Source: Candidatus Micrarchaeota archaeon (GTDB lineage: Archaea; Micrarchaeota; Micrarchaeia; Anstonellales; JAHKLY01). Taken from it: 64,000 nt of DNA. The translations under genes and the position numbers were made by a program. Where the stretch lies: NCBI GenBank assembly GCA_020854825.1, contig JAHKLY010000002.1, positions 64,001 to 128,000 on the forward strand, given 5' to 3'. The notes under the pieces were generated by a model that saw nothing but the letters and a program-made list of their open reading frames with translations, was not told the DNA's origin and made no database searches. Shown here in pieces: positions 9,429-19,239 of the stretch (its first letter is position 1; each line of letters starts with the position of its first letter).

Positions 9429-10124
9429 ATGGAATTTGCATATATACAGAAGACTAGTCTAGTAGATTATCCAGGGAATATTTGTTCAACAGTATTTACC
9501 ATAGGGTGTAATTTTAAGTGTCCTTTCTGTTATAATAAATCCTTAGTACTTCCTGAAGAGTTTCCAAGAAATCCTTTAACTGAAGAACAAGTTTTATCAA
9601 CTTTAATTAAAAGAAAAAAATTTGTTTCTGCAGTATGTATTACAGGAGGGGAACCCACAATGTATGATGAATTATATAATTTTATTAAATCTTTAAAAAA
9701 TGAAGGTTTTTTAGTAAAATTAGATACTAATGGTACAAATCCTAAAATAATAAAAAAGTTAATAGAAAATAAATTAGTTGATTATATTGCGATGGATATT
9801 AAAAATTCTTTTGAAAATTATACTCTTACTACAGGTGTAGATACCAATACTGATAATATTCAAGAGACAATTAAAATACTAAAAAATAGTGATTTGGAAT
9901 ATGAATTAAGAATTACCATTGTTCCTTCAATTCATAAAATTGAGGATATCGAAAAAATAGGTATGGTATCTGGAGGAAATAATTTTTCAATACAAATTTT
10001 CAAAAGAACAAACACATTAATTGATTCTTCTTTAGTAAATGTTGCTCCTTTTTCACAAAATGAATTAAGTATGTTTAAAAAAACAGCAGAAAAATATTTT
10101 AGCAAAGTAGAGTTAAAAGGGTAA
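9429..10124 (+). CDS. nrdG: class III RNR activating enzyme (radical SAM)
   Basis: DYPG, GCNFKCPFCYN (CxxxCxxC), TGGEP and DTNG motifs; follows nrdD. Confidence 0.93.
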   Translation: MEFAYIQKTSLVDYPGNICSTVFTIGCNFKCPFCYNKSLVLPEEFPRNPLTEEQVLSTLIKRKKFVSAVCITGGEPTMYDELYNFIKSLKNEGFLVKLDTNGTNPKIIKKLIENKLVDYIAMDIKNSFENYTLTTGVDTNTDNIQETIKILKNSDLEYELRITIVPSIHKIEDIEKIGMVSGGNNFSIQIFKRTNTLIDSSLVNVAPFSQNELSMFKKTAEKYFSKVELKG

Positions 10125-11198
10125 ACTCTTTTCTTTGCCAATAATAGTTTTTATGTTAATTAATGCTTCACTAACAGATGAAGGTAAATCCCATCCATTT
10201 CCAACTGCATTAATCACTTTATTTTCTATTTCTAATCTTGCCATTACTGTATATCTATTGCCATATTTTTTAATATGTAAAGCAAGTTTTCCAATGTGTT
10301 TATTATGTTTTGTTAATTTATCTAAAAGTTTTTCCCCTTCATGTATTATTTCTTTTGCAAAAGGTTTGTCATATCTATCTAATCCGGAGATATTAATTCT
10401 AAGTTCTCTTTCTTTTGAGTTAATCATAGTTTCAAATATATCTTTTGTACTAACTAATCCAACAGGTTCTCCATTTAAACATACAATTAATGAAGGAACT
10501 TTTTTATCTATCATTTTTTTAATTGCTTCTGTCAAAGTTTTTTCTGGAGTTATCATCTCAATTTTAGATTTTATAAATGGACTAATTGGTTGTTCCCAAG
10601 GATTAATTTTTTCATGTTTTAGTTTTGGTAATCTTTCAGCTGGTTTTATTAATTGTAATCCAATGTCATAAGCACTTAATAATCCAATTAATTTTTTATT
10701 ATCATCAACAACAGCAAGTCTTCTTACTCCATATTTTCTCATTTTTGTTGTTGCTTCATTTGATAATGCGTTTTTATTTATAGTTATTATGGGAGAAGAC
10801 ATAATTTCTACAACTCTTTTTTTAGGAATATCTTTTTCTCTTAATAATTCGGTTAATACATCAAATCTAGATAAAGAACCTACAACTTTTCCTTTTTTTG
10901 TTGTGACTGCTAAGTTTTGAAATCTAACACTAAAAAATGCATTTGATATTTCTAAAATATCTGTATTTTCTTCAAAAATTGTTGGTGCTTTTTGTGTTAT
11001 TCGTCCACATGGCGTATTGCTGGGATCTTTTACTATATGTTCTATTGTATGTCTTGTATCTAATATTCCATAATATTTATTATCTTTAATCACAATTATA
11101 GATTCTTTTTTCTTACCTATTTTAGCCTGGGCTTTTGTTATACTATCATTAAAATTTATCAAATTTGCTTTATTAATTCTAACCATTTCCTCACCCAT
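10113..11198 (-). CDS. four-CBS-domain protein with C-terminal HPF/RaiA-like domain (Hib-type ribosome hibernation factor candidate)
   Basis: Repeated CBS motifs (MSSPIITI, VRRLAVVD, GLVSTKDI) and a C-terminal segment with a beta-alpha-beta-beta-beta-alpha pattern ending GWDL. Confidence 0.7.
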   Translation of the reverse strand: MGEEMVRINKANLINFNDSITKAQAKIGKKKESIIVIKDNKYYGILDTRHTIEHIVKDPSNTPCGRITQKAPTIFEENTDILEISNAFFSVRFQNLAVTTKKGKVVGSLSRFDVLTELLREKDIPKKRVVEIMSSPIITINKNALSNEATTKMRKYGVRRLAVVDDNKKLIGLLSAYDIGLQLIKPAERLPKLKHEKINPWEQPISPFIKSKIEMITPEKTLTEAIKKMIDKKVPSLIVCLNGEPVGLVSTKDIFETMINSKERELRINISGLDRYDKPFAKEIIHEGEKLLDKLTKHNKHIGKLALHIKKYGNRYTVMARLEIENKVINAVGNGWDLPSSVSEALINIKTIIGKEKSLPF

Positions 11199-11276
11199 TT
11201 CTTTTTTTAAATAAAAATGTTTAAAACGGCTACATTTATAAAGGGTTTCTAACCTTAAAATAATAGTTTTGTAATT

Positions 11277-11445
11277 GCAGGGCTGACAGATCGGCTATGT
11301 GTTCGGCTGCAGACCGAAATAGGGGGGTTCGAATGATCTTTTTCTTTCTTTTGAGAAAAGAAAGAAAAACCTCAACGAAAAAGAAAGAAAATGAGGTTTC
11401 TTAAAAAAAGGAAGAAACAGGAAAGAACAACTCCCTCGCCCTGCT
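11277..11445 (+). tRNA. tRNA-Cys(GCA) with about 98-nt non-canonical T-loop intron (11333-11430, position 58/59)
   Basis: Acceptor GCAGGGC/GCCCTGC, anticodon stem TTCGG/CCGAA with GCA at 11309-11311, T stem GGGGG/CCCTC split by the insert, U73 discriminator; GTTC/GAAC central helix of a relaxed BHB. Confidence 0.9.
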
Positions 11446-11547
11446 TTTTTAGGTATGTACTCAAAAAATCAAAGAAGAACCTTTTTAAATATTCTTATAT
11501 TAAGATAAACTATAAGAGTACTTATTTTTAACCAATCAGGTGATTAT

Positions 11548-12162
11548 GTGGATGATTCTAATAAAGTAAAAACAGGAACAACAACATTAGGTCTTGTTTG
11601 TTCTGATGGCGTTGTATTTGCTTCTGATAAAAGAGCAACTATGTGGCATTTTATTGCTGATAAAAATATACAAAAAGTATATCCTATAACAGATTATATT
11701 GCAATAACTACTGCAGGAAGTGTAGGTGATGCACAGGCTTTAGTTAGATATATACAGTCAGATATAAAGTTATATGAAACTAGAGAAGGAAGAAAAATGA
11801 CAGTTCAAGGAGCAACAACATTAATGTCAAATATATTATTTGGTTACAAAATGTTTCCATTTTTAGTTCAATTAATTATTGGGGGAGTAGATAAGGAACC
11901 AAGATTATATTCATTAGATCCTGGTGGAGGAGTTACTTCTGAAGATTTTATTTCAACAGGAAGTGGTTCTCCAATAGCATATGGTGTATTAGAAACTAAC
12001 TATAAAAAAGATAAATCTATTAAAGAAAACTTACCTTTAGCAGTAAAAGCAATAGCTACTGCTATGAAAAGAGATAGTGCAACAGGAGATGGAATTGATT
12101 TAGTTTCAATTGATAAATCAGGATTTAAAAGATATACAAAAGAAGAGATCGAAAAATTTTAA
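11548..12162 (+). CDS. psmB: proteasome beta subunit
   Basis: KTG/TTT propeptide junction, DKRAT, AGSVGDAQ, TGSGS and RDSATG motifs. Confidence 0.96.
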   Translation: MDDSNKVKTGTTTLGLVCSDGVVFASDKRATMWHFIADKNIQKVYPITDYIAITTAGSVGDAQALVRYIQSDIKLYETREGRKMTVQGATTLMSNILFGYKMFPFLVQLIIGGVDKEPRLYSLDPGGGVTSEDFISTGSGSPIAYGVLETNYKKDKSIKENLPLAVKAIATAMKRDSATGDGIDLVSIDKSGFKRYTKEEIEKF

Positions 12163-12260
12163 TAATTCACTAACCTCTTTGTTTAGTTAACCAGGTTTAT
12201 TTTCAAAATTTGAATAAATTTATAGGTGTATTTTGTTCAAAATATATAGAGAGTGATTTT

Positions 12261-14147
12261 ATGGATTTTAAAGAAATAGAGCAAAAAATAAGAGAAATTG
12301 TCCCTGAGCAATGTGGGATTACAAATATAGAAGCAGAAGGATTAGATGTAGTTATATATCTCAAAAATGTTAAATTATTTTATGATTCAGAATATTTAAT
12401 TAAACGACTTTCTGGAAGCATAAGAAAGAGAATAATAGTTAGGGTTGAGTCTAATTTATTAATGGAACCAGAAAAAGCAGAAACTAAAATAAGGGAATTA
12501 ATCCCAGTAGAAGCAGAAGTTCATAAAATAAGATTTGATCCTATTTTTTCAGAAGTTTGGATTGAATCAGTTAAACCAGGATTAGTTATAGGAAAAAAAG
12601 GTATAACATTAAGGAGTATAATAGAAACAGTAGGGTGGACCCCAAAAATATTAAGAGTCCCTACTATGAAATCAGAAACTATAGAGGGGATAAGAAGTTC
12701 TTTATTTAAAGAAAGTAAGAAAAGAAAAAAATTTTTAGAAAAATTAGGTAAAAGTATTTGTAAAAATGTTGAAAAAAGTGAATGGGTCAAAGCAACTGCC
12801 TTAGGTGGATTTAAGGAAGTGGGAAGATCAAGTGTATTAATTCAAACTCAAAATACAAATGTTTTAATAGACTGTGGGATAAATCCAGTTGTATTTGAAG
12901 GATCAAAGGCATTTCCTTATTTAAAATCAATGAATTTAGAACCCTCTGATTTAGATGCAGTTATATTATCACATACTCATTTAGACCATACTGGATTTGT
13001 TCCATATTTGTATGCTTATGGGTATAGAGGGCCAGTATATTGTACTGAACCTACAAGAGACCTTATGATAATGTTGCAAAGAGATTATTTAAACATAGTA
13101 AATAGATATGCGGGAGTTACTGCTCCATATGCAGTTAAAGATATTCATGAAGAATTATTACATACAGTTACAATTGGATATAATGAAGTAGTAGATATAT
13201 CCCCAGATGTAAAATTAACATTTTATAATGCGGGCCACGTTCTAGGAAGTTCAATGATACATTTACATATTGATAATGGGTTACATAATTTAGTATATAC
13301 TGGAGATTTTAAATTTGGGTTTACTAGATTATGTAATAATGCAAATAATCTATTTCCAAGAGTCGAATCTTTATTTATGGAAAGTACTTATGGGGGAAAA
13401 TTGGATGTTTTACCAGATAGGAGAGAAACTGATGAAAAATTAATTTCAGTAATAAAAGAAGTAACTGATAATGGAGGAAAGGTATTAATTCCTGCTTTTG
13501 CAGTTGGAAGATCACAAGAGGTCATGTTAGTTTTAGAAGATGCATTTCAAAGAGGAGAGTTAAAAGTACCAGTATATTTAGATGGAATGATTTTGGAAGC
13601 ATCAGCAGTACATACTGCATATCCAGAGTATTTAAGGAACACACTTAAAAGAAAAGTTTTATCAAACCAAAGTCCATTTGAATGTGAAATTTTTGAAATT
13701 GCTAGTGATAGACAAGCAATAATTGATGGGGGACCATGTGTTATTATATCAACATCAGGTATGCTTTCTGGAGGTCCGATAATGGAATATTTAAGACAAT
13801 TATCAGATGATCCAAAGAATTTAATGGTATTTATTGGGTATCAGTCTCCTTTGTCGTTAGGACATAAAATACAAAGGGGAGAAAAAGAGATTCCTTTACT
13901 CACTAAAGATGGAAGAAGTGAGATGGTGAAATTAAATATGCGTGTTGAAACTGTTGAAGGTTTTTCTGGACACTCAGGAAGAAGACAATTAATGGCATTT
14001 GTACATAATATTTCTCCAAAACCTGAAAGAATATTTGTTATGCATGGGGATGAGAAAAAGTGTTTAGATTTAAGTCAATCTATAAAAAATACCTTGAAAG
14101 TTGAAGCACAATCACCGATGAACATGGATACAATTCGTTTAAGATAA
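12261..14147 (+). CDS. aCPSF1/FttA beta-CASP ribonuclease with KH domains
   Basis: N-terminal KH domains (GLVIGKKG), SHTHLDH, AGHVLGS, FSGHS; canonical neighbour of psmB. Confidence 0.95.
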   Translation: MDFKEIEQKIREIVPEQCGITNIEAEGLDVVIYLKNVKLFYDSEYLIKRLSGSIRKRIIVRVESNLLMEPEKAETKIRELIPVEAEVHKIRFDPIFSEVWIESVKPGLVIGKKGITLRSIIETVGWTPKILRVPTMKSETIEGIRSSLFKESKKRKKFLEKLGKSICKNVEKSEWVKATALGGFKEVGRSSVLIQTQNTNVLIDCGINPVVFEGSKAFPYLKSMNLEPSDLDAVILSHTHLDHTGFVPYLYAYGYRGPVYCTEPTRDLMIMLQRDYLNIVNRYAGVTAPYAVKDIHEELLHTVTIGYNEVVDISPDVKLTFYNAGHVLGSSMIHLHIDNGLHNLVYTGDFKFGFTRLCNNANNLFPRVESLFMESTYGGKLDVLPDRRETDEKLISVIKEVTDNGGKVLIPAFAVGRSQEVMLVLEDAFQRGELKVPVYLDGMILEASAVHTAYPEYLRNTLKRKVLSNQSPFECEIFEIASDRQAIIDGGPCVIISTSGMLSGGPIMEYLRQLSDDPKNLMVFIGYQSPLSLGHKIQRGEKEIPLLTKDGRSEMVKLNMRVETVEGFSGHSGRRQLMAFVHNISPKPERIFVMHGDEKKCLDLSQSIKNTLKVEAQSPMNMDTIRLR

Positions 14148-14203
14148 TCACATAAAGATAGTTTTTTAAACACTTAGTTATTTATTTATTGCTGGTGATT
14201 AAT

Positions 14204-14497
14204 TTGGCTAAAAAAAAGAAAACTAGTGAAGTTGAAGATAAGTTAAAGGCATTAGTTCCAGAACTATTTGATACCTCTGAGGTTTTTGTTAATTCAGATG
14301 ATTTATCTGAGGAATCTAAAAGTAAAGTAAGAGAATGGGGCGATAAATTTATGACTAATTGTGAATCAGCTAATACTCCGTTTAATATTATGACAGAAGA
14401 TGAAAAAAGGGCGTATTTATCGAAAATCAGAAATATAATGAGAGCAACAGAAGCAAAAGAAATAGCTGAAGGTAAACACAAAAAAGTATCTATCTAA
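14204..14497 (+). CDS. hypothetical protein
   Basis: GGTGA SD followed by TTG start; no motif. Confidence 0.55.
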   Translation: MAKKKKTSEVEDKLKALVPELFDTSEVFVNSDDLSEESKSKVREWGDKFMTNCESANTPFNIMTEDEKRAYLSKIRNIMRATEAKEIAEGKHKKVSI

Positions 14498-15242
14498 TAA
14501 ATTTAGCAGTTAATAATGCAAACAGGCCTCCTAAAATAGGAAAAGTTATTATTGTTATACCTAATCTTGTGATTATTCCATTTAAATTTAAAGCAACGTT
14601 TCCACCAGATAGTGCTATAATAAGATTTAATAAATTTGTATCTAAGAATCCAAATATACTTGAGACTATTCCATATATTTGAGCGCCCAAAAATACTTCT
14701 AAGGATATAATTAAAATTAAAGACACTAAAGCAGCAACAATTCCGGTTAATGCTCCGGTTATAAATCCTGTTTTAGCACTAATATATACTTTATAATCAT
14801 GTTCTGCTCTTAAGTAAATGATAGAAACTATACCTCCAATTGGGAGAATTATAAAAAATAATAAACTTAGGATAGGAATCCCACATAATATTCCAGTTAT
14901 TGTTCCGACAAATAATACAGGGGTTAAAAGTTCTGCATTAATCTTGTTTGTTTCATTTAGATCTTTTTTTTCATTAAATAATTTTTGAAATAATCCAGAT
15001 CCTGCAGGTTTTGAAGAATATGAAGAACTAATTTGTGAGGGAATTCTTTGTTCTGGTTCGTTTTTAGTGCCTGTATTAATTAAAGGTCTTCTATCTTGTT
15101 TAAGCATTTGTATTCCTTTTCTCATGCAATTTTTACATATGAGTTCAGGTGTATCATCTCCAACGCAATCTTTACATATAGCTTTATAGCATACTGAGCA
15201 AAGACCAACTGCATCTTTTTTTGGATGAAAATAACATTTCAA
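14490..15242 (-). CDS. B-box-type Zn-finger protein with C-terminal membrane domain
   Basis: CxxH...CxxC...CxxC...CxxC N-terminus; several Gly-rich TM helices. Confidence 0.7.
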   Translation of the reverse strand: MKCYFHPKKDAVGLCSVCYKAICKDCVGDDTPELICKNCMRKGIQMLKQDRRPLINTGTKNEPEQRIPSQISSSYSSKPAGSGLFQKLFNEKKDLNETNKINAELLTPVLFVGTITGILCGIPILSLLFFIILPIGGIVSIIYLRAEHDYKVYISAKTGFITGALTGIVAALVSLILIISLEVFLGAQIYGIVSSIFGFLDTNLLNLIIALSGGNVALNLNGIITRLGITIITFPILGGLFALLTAKFIR

Positions 15243-15247
15243 ATTAA

Positions 15248-15823
15248 TTACCTCTTAGTTTTCTTTGTACTTTTTCTTTTTACATGTATCTTTTTATTGC
15301 TTTCGTTTTTTTTATTTAATAAACCAATTAAAAAAAAAGGCATAATAAATCCAGCGAGCATACCAGTAATTATTCTTAATATGTTATTGCTCTGTCTTAT
15401 TCCGAGTATTTGAGTAATCCCATCTATTGCTAACGGAGTTATAAAAAGTATAAAAACCCATAACGGAGGAACATATGAATAAGGTTTTCCTTTATATAAA
15501 TAAATGATCATCCCCCCAATTAACATAAATAAGAAAAAAGAAACATCTCTCGCACAAACTGGAAGTTTATATCCTATTCCTTGTGAATTTTCAACAAATA
15601 TTTTAGTAGTTAAGTTATTATACATAATTGTTTGATCATAACAATCTCCTATTGTGTTTTCATACATACAAAGCGATCTTTGAGTTATTTGATGACAAAA
15701 AGGACTAAATATTGAATAAATTAATGGATTTTCAAAAGTTTGGTATATAAATGGAGTTGCCCAAATAAGCAGATTAAATATTACTAGAATTAAAATATAC
15801 ATCTCTAACACATTGATTTTCAT
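15248..15823 (-). CDS. DUF2085-like membrane protein
   Basis: CHQ, PVCARD, PLAIDGITQ and SNNILRIITG motifs. Confidence 0.75.
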   Translation of the reverse strand: MKINVLEMYILILVIFNLLIWATPFIYQTFENPLIYSIFSPFCHQITQRSLCMYENTIGDCYDQTIMYNNLTTKIFVENSQGIGYKLPVCARDVSFFLFMLIGGMIIYLYKGKPYSYVPPLWVFILFITPLAIDGITQILGIRQSNNILRIITGMLAGFIMPFFLIGLLNKKNESNKKIHVKRKSTKKTKR

Positions 15824-15868
15824 AGTTTCTTTATTTCCCTTAAGTTTTTAAATACGTATATATAAAGA

Positions 15869-16279
15869 ATGTATATGGAAAACTATGAGTCATTATTAGA
15901 TAAGGCATATGAAGAAATTCCAAAAAAAGCAAAGACCAGTGAAAGGTTTGAAGTGCCAAAACCAGAAATTTTAGTTGAAGGATCAAAAACAATAATCAAA
16001 AATTTTGATCAAATTTTAATAACTTTGAGATCTAATAAGGATTTGATGATAAAATATTTTAGTAAAGAATTAGCAGTGCCTGTTGCGATAGAAGGTAAAA
16101 GATTAGTATTATATGGTAAGGTTCAGCCAAGATTATTTGTAGAGAAATTAAATACGTTTGTTAAAAAATTTGTAGTTTGCAGAGAATGTAATAGGCCAGA
16201 TACTTCTATTAAAGAAATGGATAAAGGAATTAAAGTAATGATTTGTGAAGCTTGTGGTGCTAGAACTCCTATAAGGTGA
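15869..16279 (+). CDS. eif2b: translation initiation factor 2 beta subunit (aIF-2beta)
   Basis: YESLLDKAY, ERFEVP, C-terminal CRECNRPDT...CEACGA. Confidence 0.95.
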   Translation: MYMENYESLLDKAYEEIPKKAKTSERFEVPKPEILVEGSKTIIKNFDQILITLRSNKDLMIKYFSKELAVPVAIEGKRLVLYGKVQPRLFVEKLNTFVKKFVVCRECNRPDTSIKEMDKGIKVMICEACGARTPIR

Positions 16280-16283
16280 ATAA

Positions 16284-16592
16284 ATGGAAGATGATGAAAA
16301 AAAAGTAATGCGTGTTAGACTCCCAAATGAAAAAGATGGTGAAATGTTTGGATTAGTAATAAGTTTATTAGGTGCAGGAAGATTATTAGTTTCTTGCGAA
16401 GATGGCAATGAAAGAGTTTGTAGGATACCTGGGAAAATGAAAAGGTTTATCTGGGTTAGAGAAAGTAATTATGTTATTGTTAAACCTTGGGAAATTGAGA
16501 GAGATAAAAAAGGAGATGTAATCTGGAGATATAATAAATTTCAAGAAGATTGGTTAAAGGCAAAAGGGCATTTAAAAAATATCGAATTGTAA
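16284..16592 (+). CDS. eif1a: translation initiation factor aIF-1A
   Basis: RVRLP, LLGAGR, CRIPGKMK, VKPW, IWRY. Confidence 0.95.
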   Translation: MEDDEKKVMRVRLPNEKDGEMFGLVISLLGAGRLLVSCEDGNERVCRIPGKMKRFIWVRESNYVIVKPWEIERDKKGDVIWRYNKFQEDWLKAKGHLKNIEL

Positions 16593-17588
16593 ATTTATTA
16601 TTGTTTTAAATCTAATTTTTAATCCTTCATCTATCTCTGAATATTTTTCGCCGTCATATAGTATTAATGTTTTTGCATGTCTTTTATGTAACACTTTTGA
16701 ATATAATCCAGGAGTTGTAATTAAGATATCCTCACCAAATAATGGGGGTTTTGTATTATTTGTAATTGAGGTGCAGAATATATCAGAATTATTTAAATAA
16801 TGTGAGATATATTCAATCTGTTTTTTATCAGAAACTAATATTATTGTTTTTCCAGAATTTTCTAAAGTTTTTAATAAGTAATTTAATTTTGGATCTTCTT
16901 TTTCATTATTTAAAATCTTTAAAATTGAGATGATAATCTGTTTTTTAAATAAGATATTTGTTTTTGAACAAATAGATAGTTCTTTAGTTAAAAGGTCTTT
17001 TACACTATATCCCTCAAAGTATTTTTCATTTAAGGTTTCAAAAAATGTTTTTATTCTTTTATTTTTTTCCATATTTTTTAAATCTTCTATATATTCAGTT
17101 AATTTCATTCCGTTATTTAAATTTAAATTTAAATTGGTATAACTGTTTTTTAATTCATCTAAAAAGCTACAAATTTTTTCATCAACATAATCCAAAAATC
17201 TTTGGATTCCATAAAAAGTTAGAAATTGTTCCATGTTCTTTATTTCTAAAATATGTTTTATTGCTCCAAAAAATTTCCTTTTTTGTGGGCCACTTACTTT
17301 TTTTTCTATGTAGTTACTTATTGTATTTAATTCATTATATGATAAATCTTTTTTATTTGTTAAGTCTTTAAATACTAGATATAATATAGAATTAGACAAC
17401 CCTTCAATTTGTTTTATTTTAAATTCTTGTAAAACGGTTAAAATATCTGTTAGTTTGGAATTTTTTAATTTTATTTTTTTAATTAATGTTTCATCTATTT
17501 CTGGATTAATTCCTTTAATTGATCTATGTATTTCTGTATTAGTAGGAGTAAAAAGATCTCCAACCCAGTCTCCGTTATTAAATTCCAT
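16572..17588 (-). CDS. hypothetical protein, possibly a degenerate SF2 (Hef-like) helicase C-terminal domain
   Basis: DPKLNYLLKTL..SGKTIILV..KKQIEYI...DILITT...LILYD pattern; no Walker motifs. Confidence 0.4.
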   Translation of the reverse strand: MEFNNGDWVGDLFTPTNTEIHRSIKGINPEIDETLIKKIKLKNSKLTDILTVLQEFKIKQIEGLSNSILYLVFKDLTNKKDLSYNELNTISNYIEKKVSGPQKRKFFGAIKHILEIKNMEQFLTFYGIQRFLDYVDEKICSFLDELKNSYTNLNLNLNNGMKLTEYIEDLKNMEKNKRIKTFFETLNEKYFEGYSVKDLLTKELSICSKTNILFKKQIIISILKILNNEKEDPKLNYLLKTLENSGKTIILVSDKKQIEYISHYLNNSDIFCTSITNNTKPPLFGEDILITTPGLYSKVLHKRHAKTLILYDGEKYSEIDEGLKIRFKTIINLQFDIF

Positions 17589-17660
17589 TATGAATTAATG
17601 CATTTCTTGCTTTTTAAATCTTTTGTACCTATTTAAATACTTTCTTGTTATAATAAATAA

Positions 17661-18422
17661 ATGGCAATTAGAAAATCTAAGACAAAAGCACCTGCGCGTG
17701 AGAAAAAGCAATATAAACAAAAAAGAATGATTGAATCGCAGGTATTTGATATTCCTACTCTTAAAGAGCTTTCTCGTTTAATTGGAAAAAGAATATTTGA
17801 TACTTTAGATCACCCAATAGCTATTGGAAAAGAAGCGAAAGTATTCAGAGCAACAAAAGAATCAGTTAATGGAAAAAAAACATACTTAGCAGTTAAAATA
17901 TATAGAATTGAAACTTCTTCATTTGATAAAATGATGGATTATTTAAAAGGAGATGCAAGGTTTAACAAAGTTAAAAATAAAAAATTAGATATTATCAAAA
18001 CTTGGACAAGAAAAGAATACACAAATTTAAGACTTGCTTATGGTGCAAAAATACATGTTCCTAAACCAATTGGGTATGCAAGAAATGTTTTAATAATGCA
18101 TTTTCTTGGGGAAAAAGGCAAACCATATCCAACCTTACATGATTATGGGCCAATAAATCCAAAAGAAGATTTTAATCAACTATTGGTAGATATCAGAAAG
18201 TTATATACGCTTGGATTAGTTCACGGTGATCTAAGTCCATTTAATATTTTACAAACTCCAAAAGGACTTTATATGATTGATATGGGGCAAGCAGTAATAT
18301 TAAAACATCCAAAGGCCCAAGAGTTTTTAGAGCGGGATGTTAGAAATATATTAAAATATTTTAAAAAATATGGTATTAAAAAATCAGAAGAAGAAATGAT
18401 TAAGTACATAAAACAGAAGTAA
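17661..18422 (+). CDS. rio1: RIO1 family atypical Ser/Thr kinase
   Basis: GKEAKVF, AVKIYR, KEYTNL, LVHGDLSPFNIL, IDMGQAV. Confidence 0.93.
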   Translation: MAIRKSKTKAPAREKKQYKQKRMIESQVFDIPTLKELSRLIGKRIFDTLDHPIAIGKEAKVFRATKESVNGKKTYLAVKIYRIETSSFDKMMDYLKGDARFNKVKNKKLDIIKTWTRKEYTNLRLAYGAKIHVPKPIGYARNVLIMHFLGEKGKPYPTLHDYGPINPKEDFNQLLVDIRKLYTLGLVHGDLSPFNILQTPKGLYMIDMGQAVILKHPKAQEFLERDVRNILKYFKKYGIKKSEEEMIKYIKQK

Positions 18423-18430
18423 TCCTTTCT

Positions 18431-19177
18431 TTAATCTTCTTCTTTTCTTGGTGCTAAATAGTATGTTAGATCTGCGTCTTCAATATTATATTTTACTTTA
18501 ATAGGCATATCTGATTTTAAAAATAAATTTATAATATTGGCATCTGGGCATGCTTTTATTATATTTTCTAAATATTGAAGTGAAAAGCTGGCCCTTGCTT
18601 TTTTATCTGCTTTTACTTCTCTTATAATATTTCCATCTTTTTGATTTTCAATCCTTAATTTTCCAGAGTCTCCTTTAACATCAAATGTTAGAGTTTCTCC
18701 ATTTACTTCTAATGCTAGATATGAACTAACTAATCCTGCGTCTTTTAAAGATTCTTTAATACTTCCAGATAACATTTTAATTTCAGCATCTGCATCAATA
18801 TTTAATTCTTTTTGAACCATATCTTTTGTTTCTAATAAGGGTATTTTGAAAGTTCTTTTACTTTTTTCTGAAGAGAATTCTATTATTAATGTATTTTCAT
18901 CTAAATTTAATGTTAAATTTTCTTTTGGTCTTGCTCTCGCAAGTATTTTATCTAGATTTACAAAATTAAGTCCAAGCGTTGTAGGTGAATCAACAGTATA
19001 TTCCACAAAAGCTTCTTTTGGAACATTTAAGGTTATCATTGCAATCTGTGATGGATCTATAGCTCTTAAAAATAATCCATCTTTTTTAATTTCTAAGGGT
19101 CCTTCATCTATTAAATTAACGACAGCATCAATTATATTCTTTAACGATTTTGCGTTTTGCATTACAATTTTAAACAT
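18431..19177 (-). CDS. pcn: DNA polymerase sliding clamp PCNA
   Basis: AIDPSQIAM, FKIPLL, YYLAPR; GGAGGTG SD. Confidence 0.95.
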   Translation of the reverse strand: MFKIVMQNAKSLKNIIDAVVNLIDEGPLEIKKDGLFLRAIDPSQIAMITLNVPKEAFVEYTVDSPTTLGLNFVNLDKILARARPKENLTLNLDENTLIIEFSSEKSKRTFKIPLLETKDMVQKELNIDADAEIKMLSGSIKESLKDAGLVSSYLALEVNGETLTFDVKGDSGKLRIENQKDGNIIREVKADKKARASFSLQYLENIIKACPDANIINLFLKSDMPIKVKYNIEDADLTYYLAPRKEED

Positions 19178-19239
19178 TAATAGCACCTCCTATTGAATAT
19201 ATTTACTTATGAAATGTTTATAATCATTTGTTTTATACT

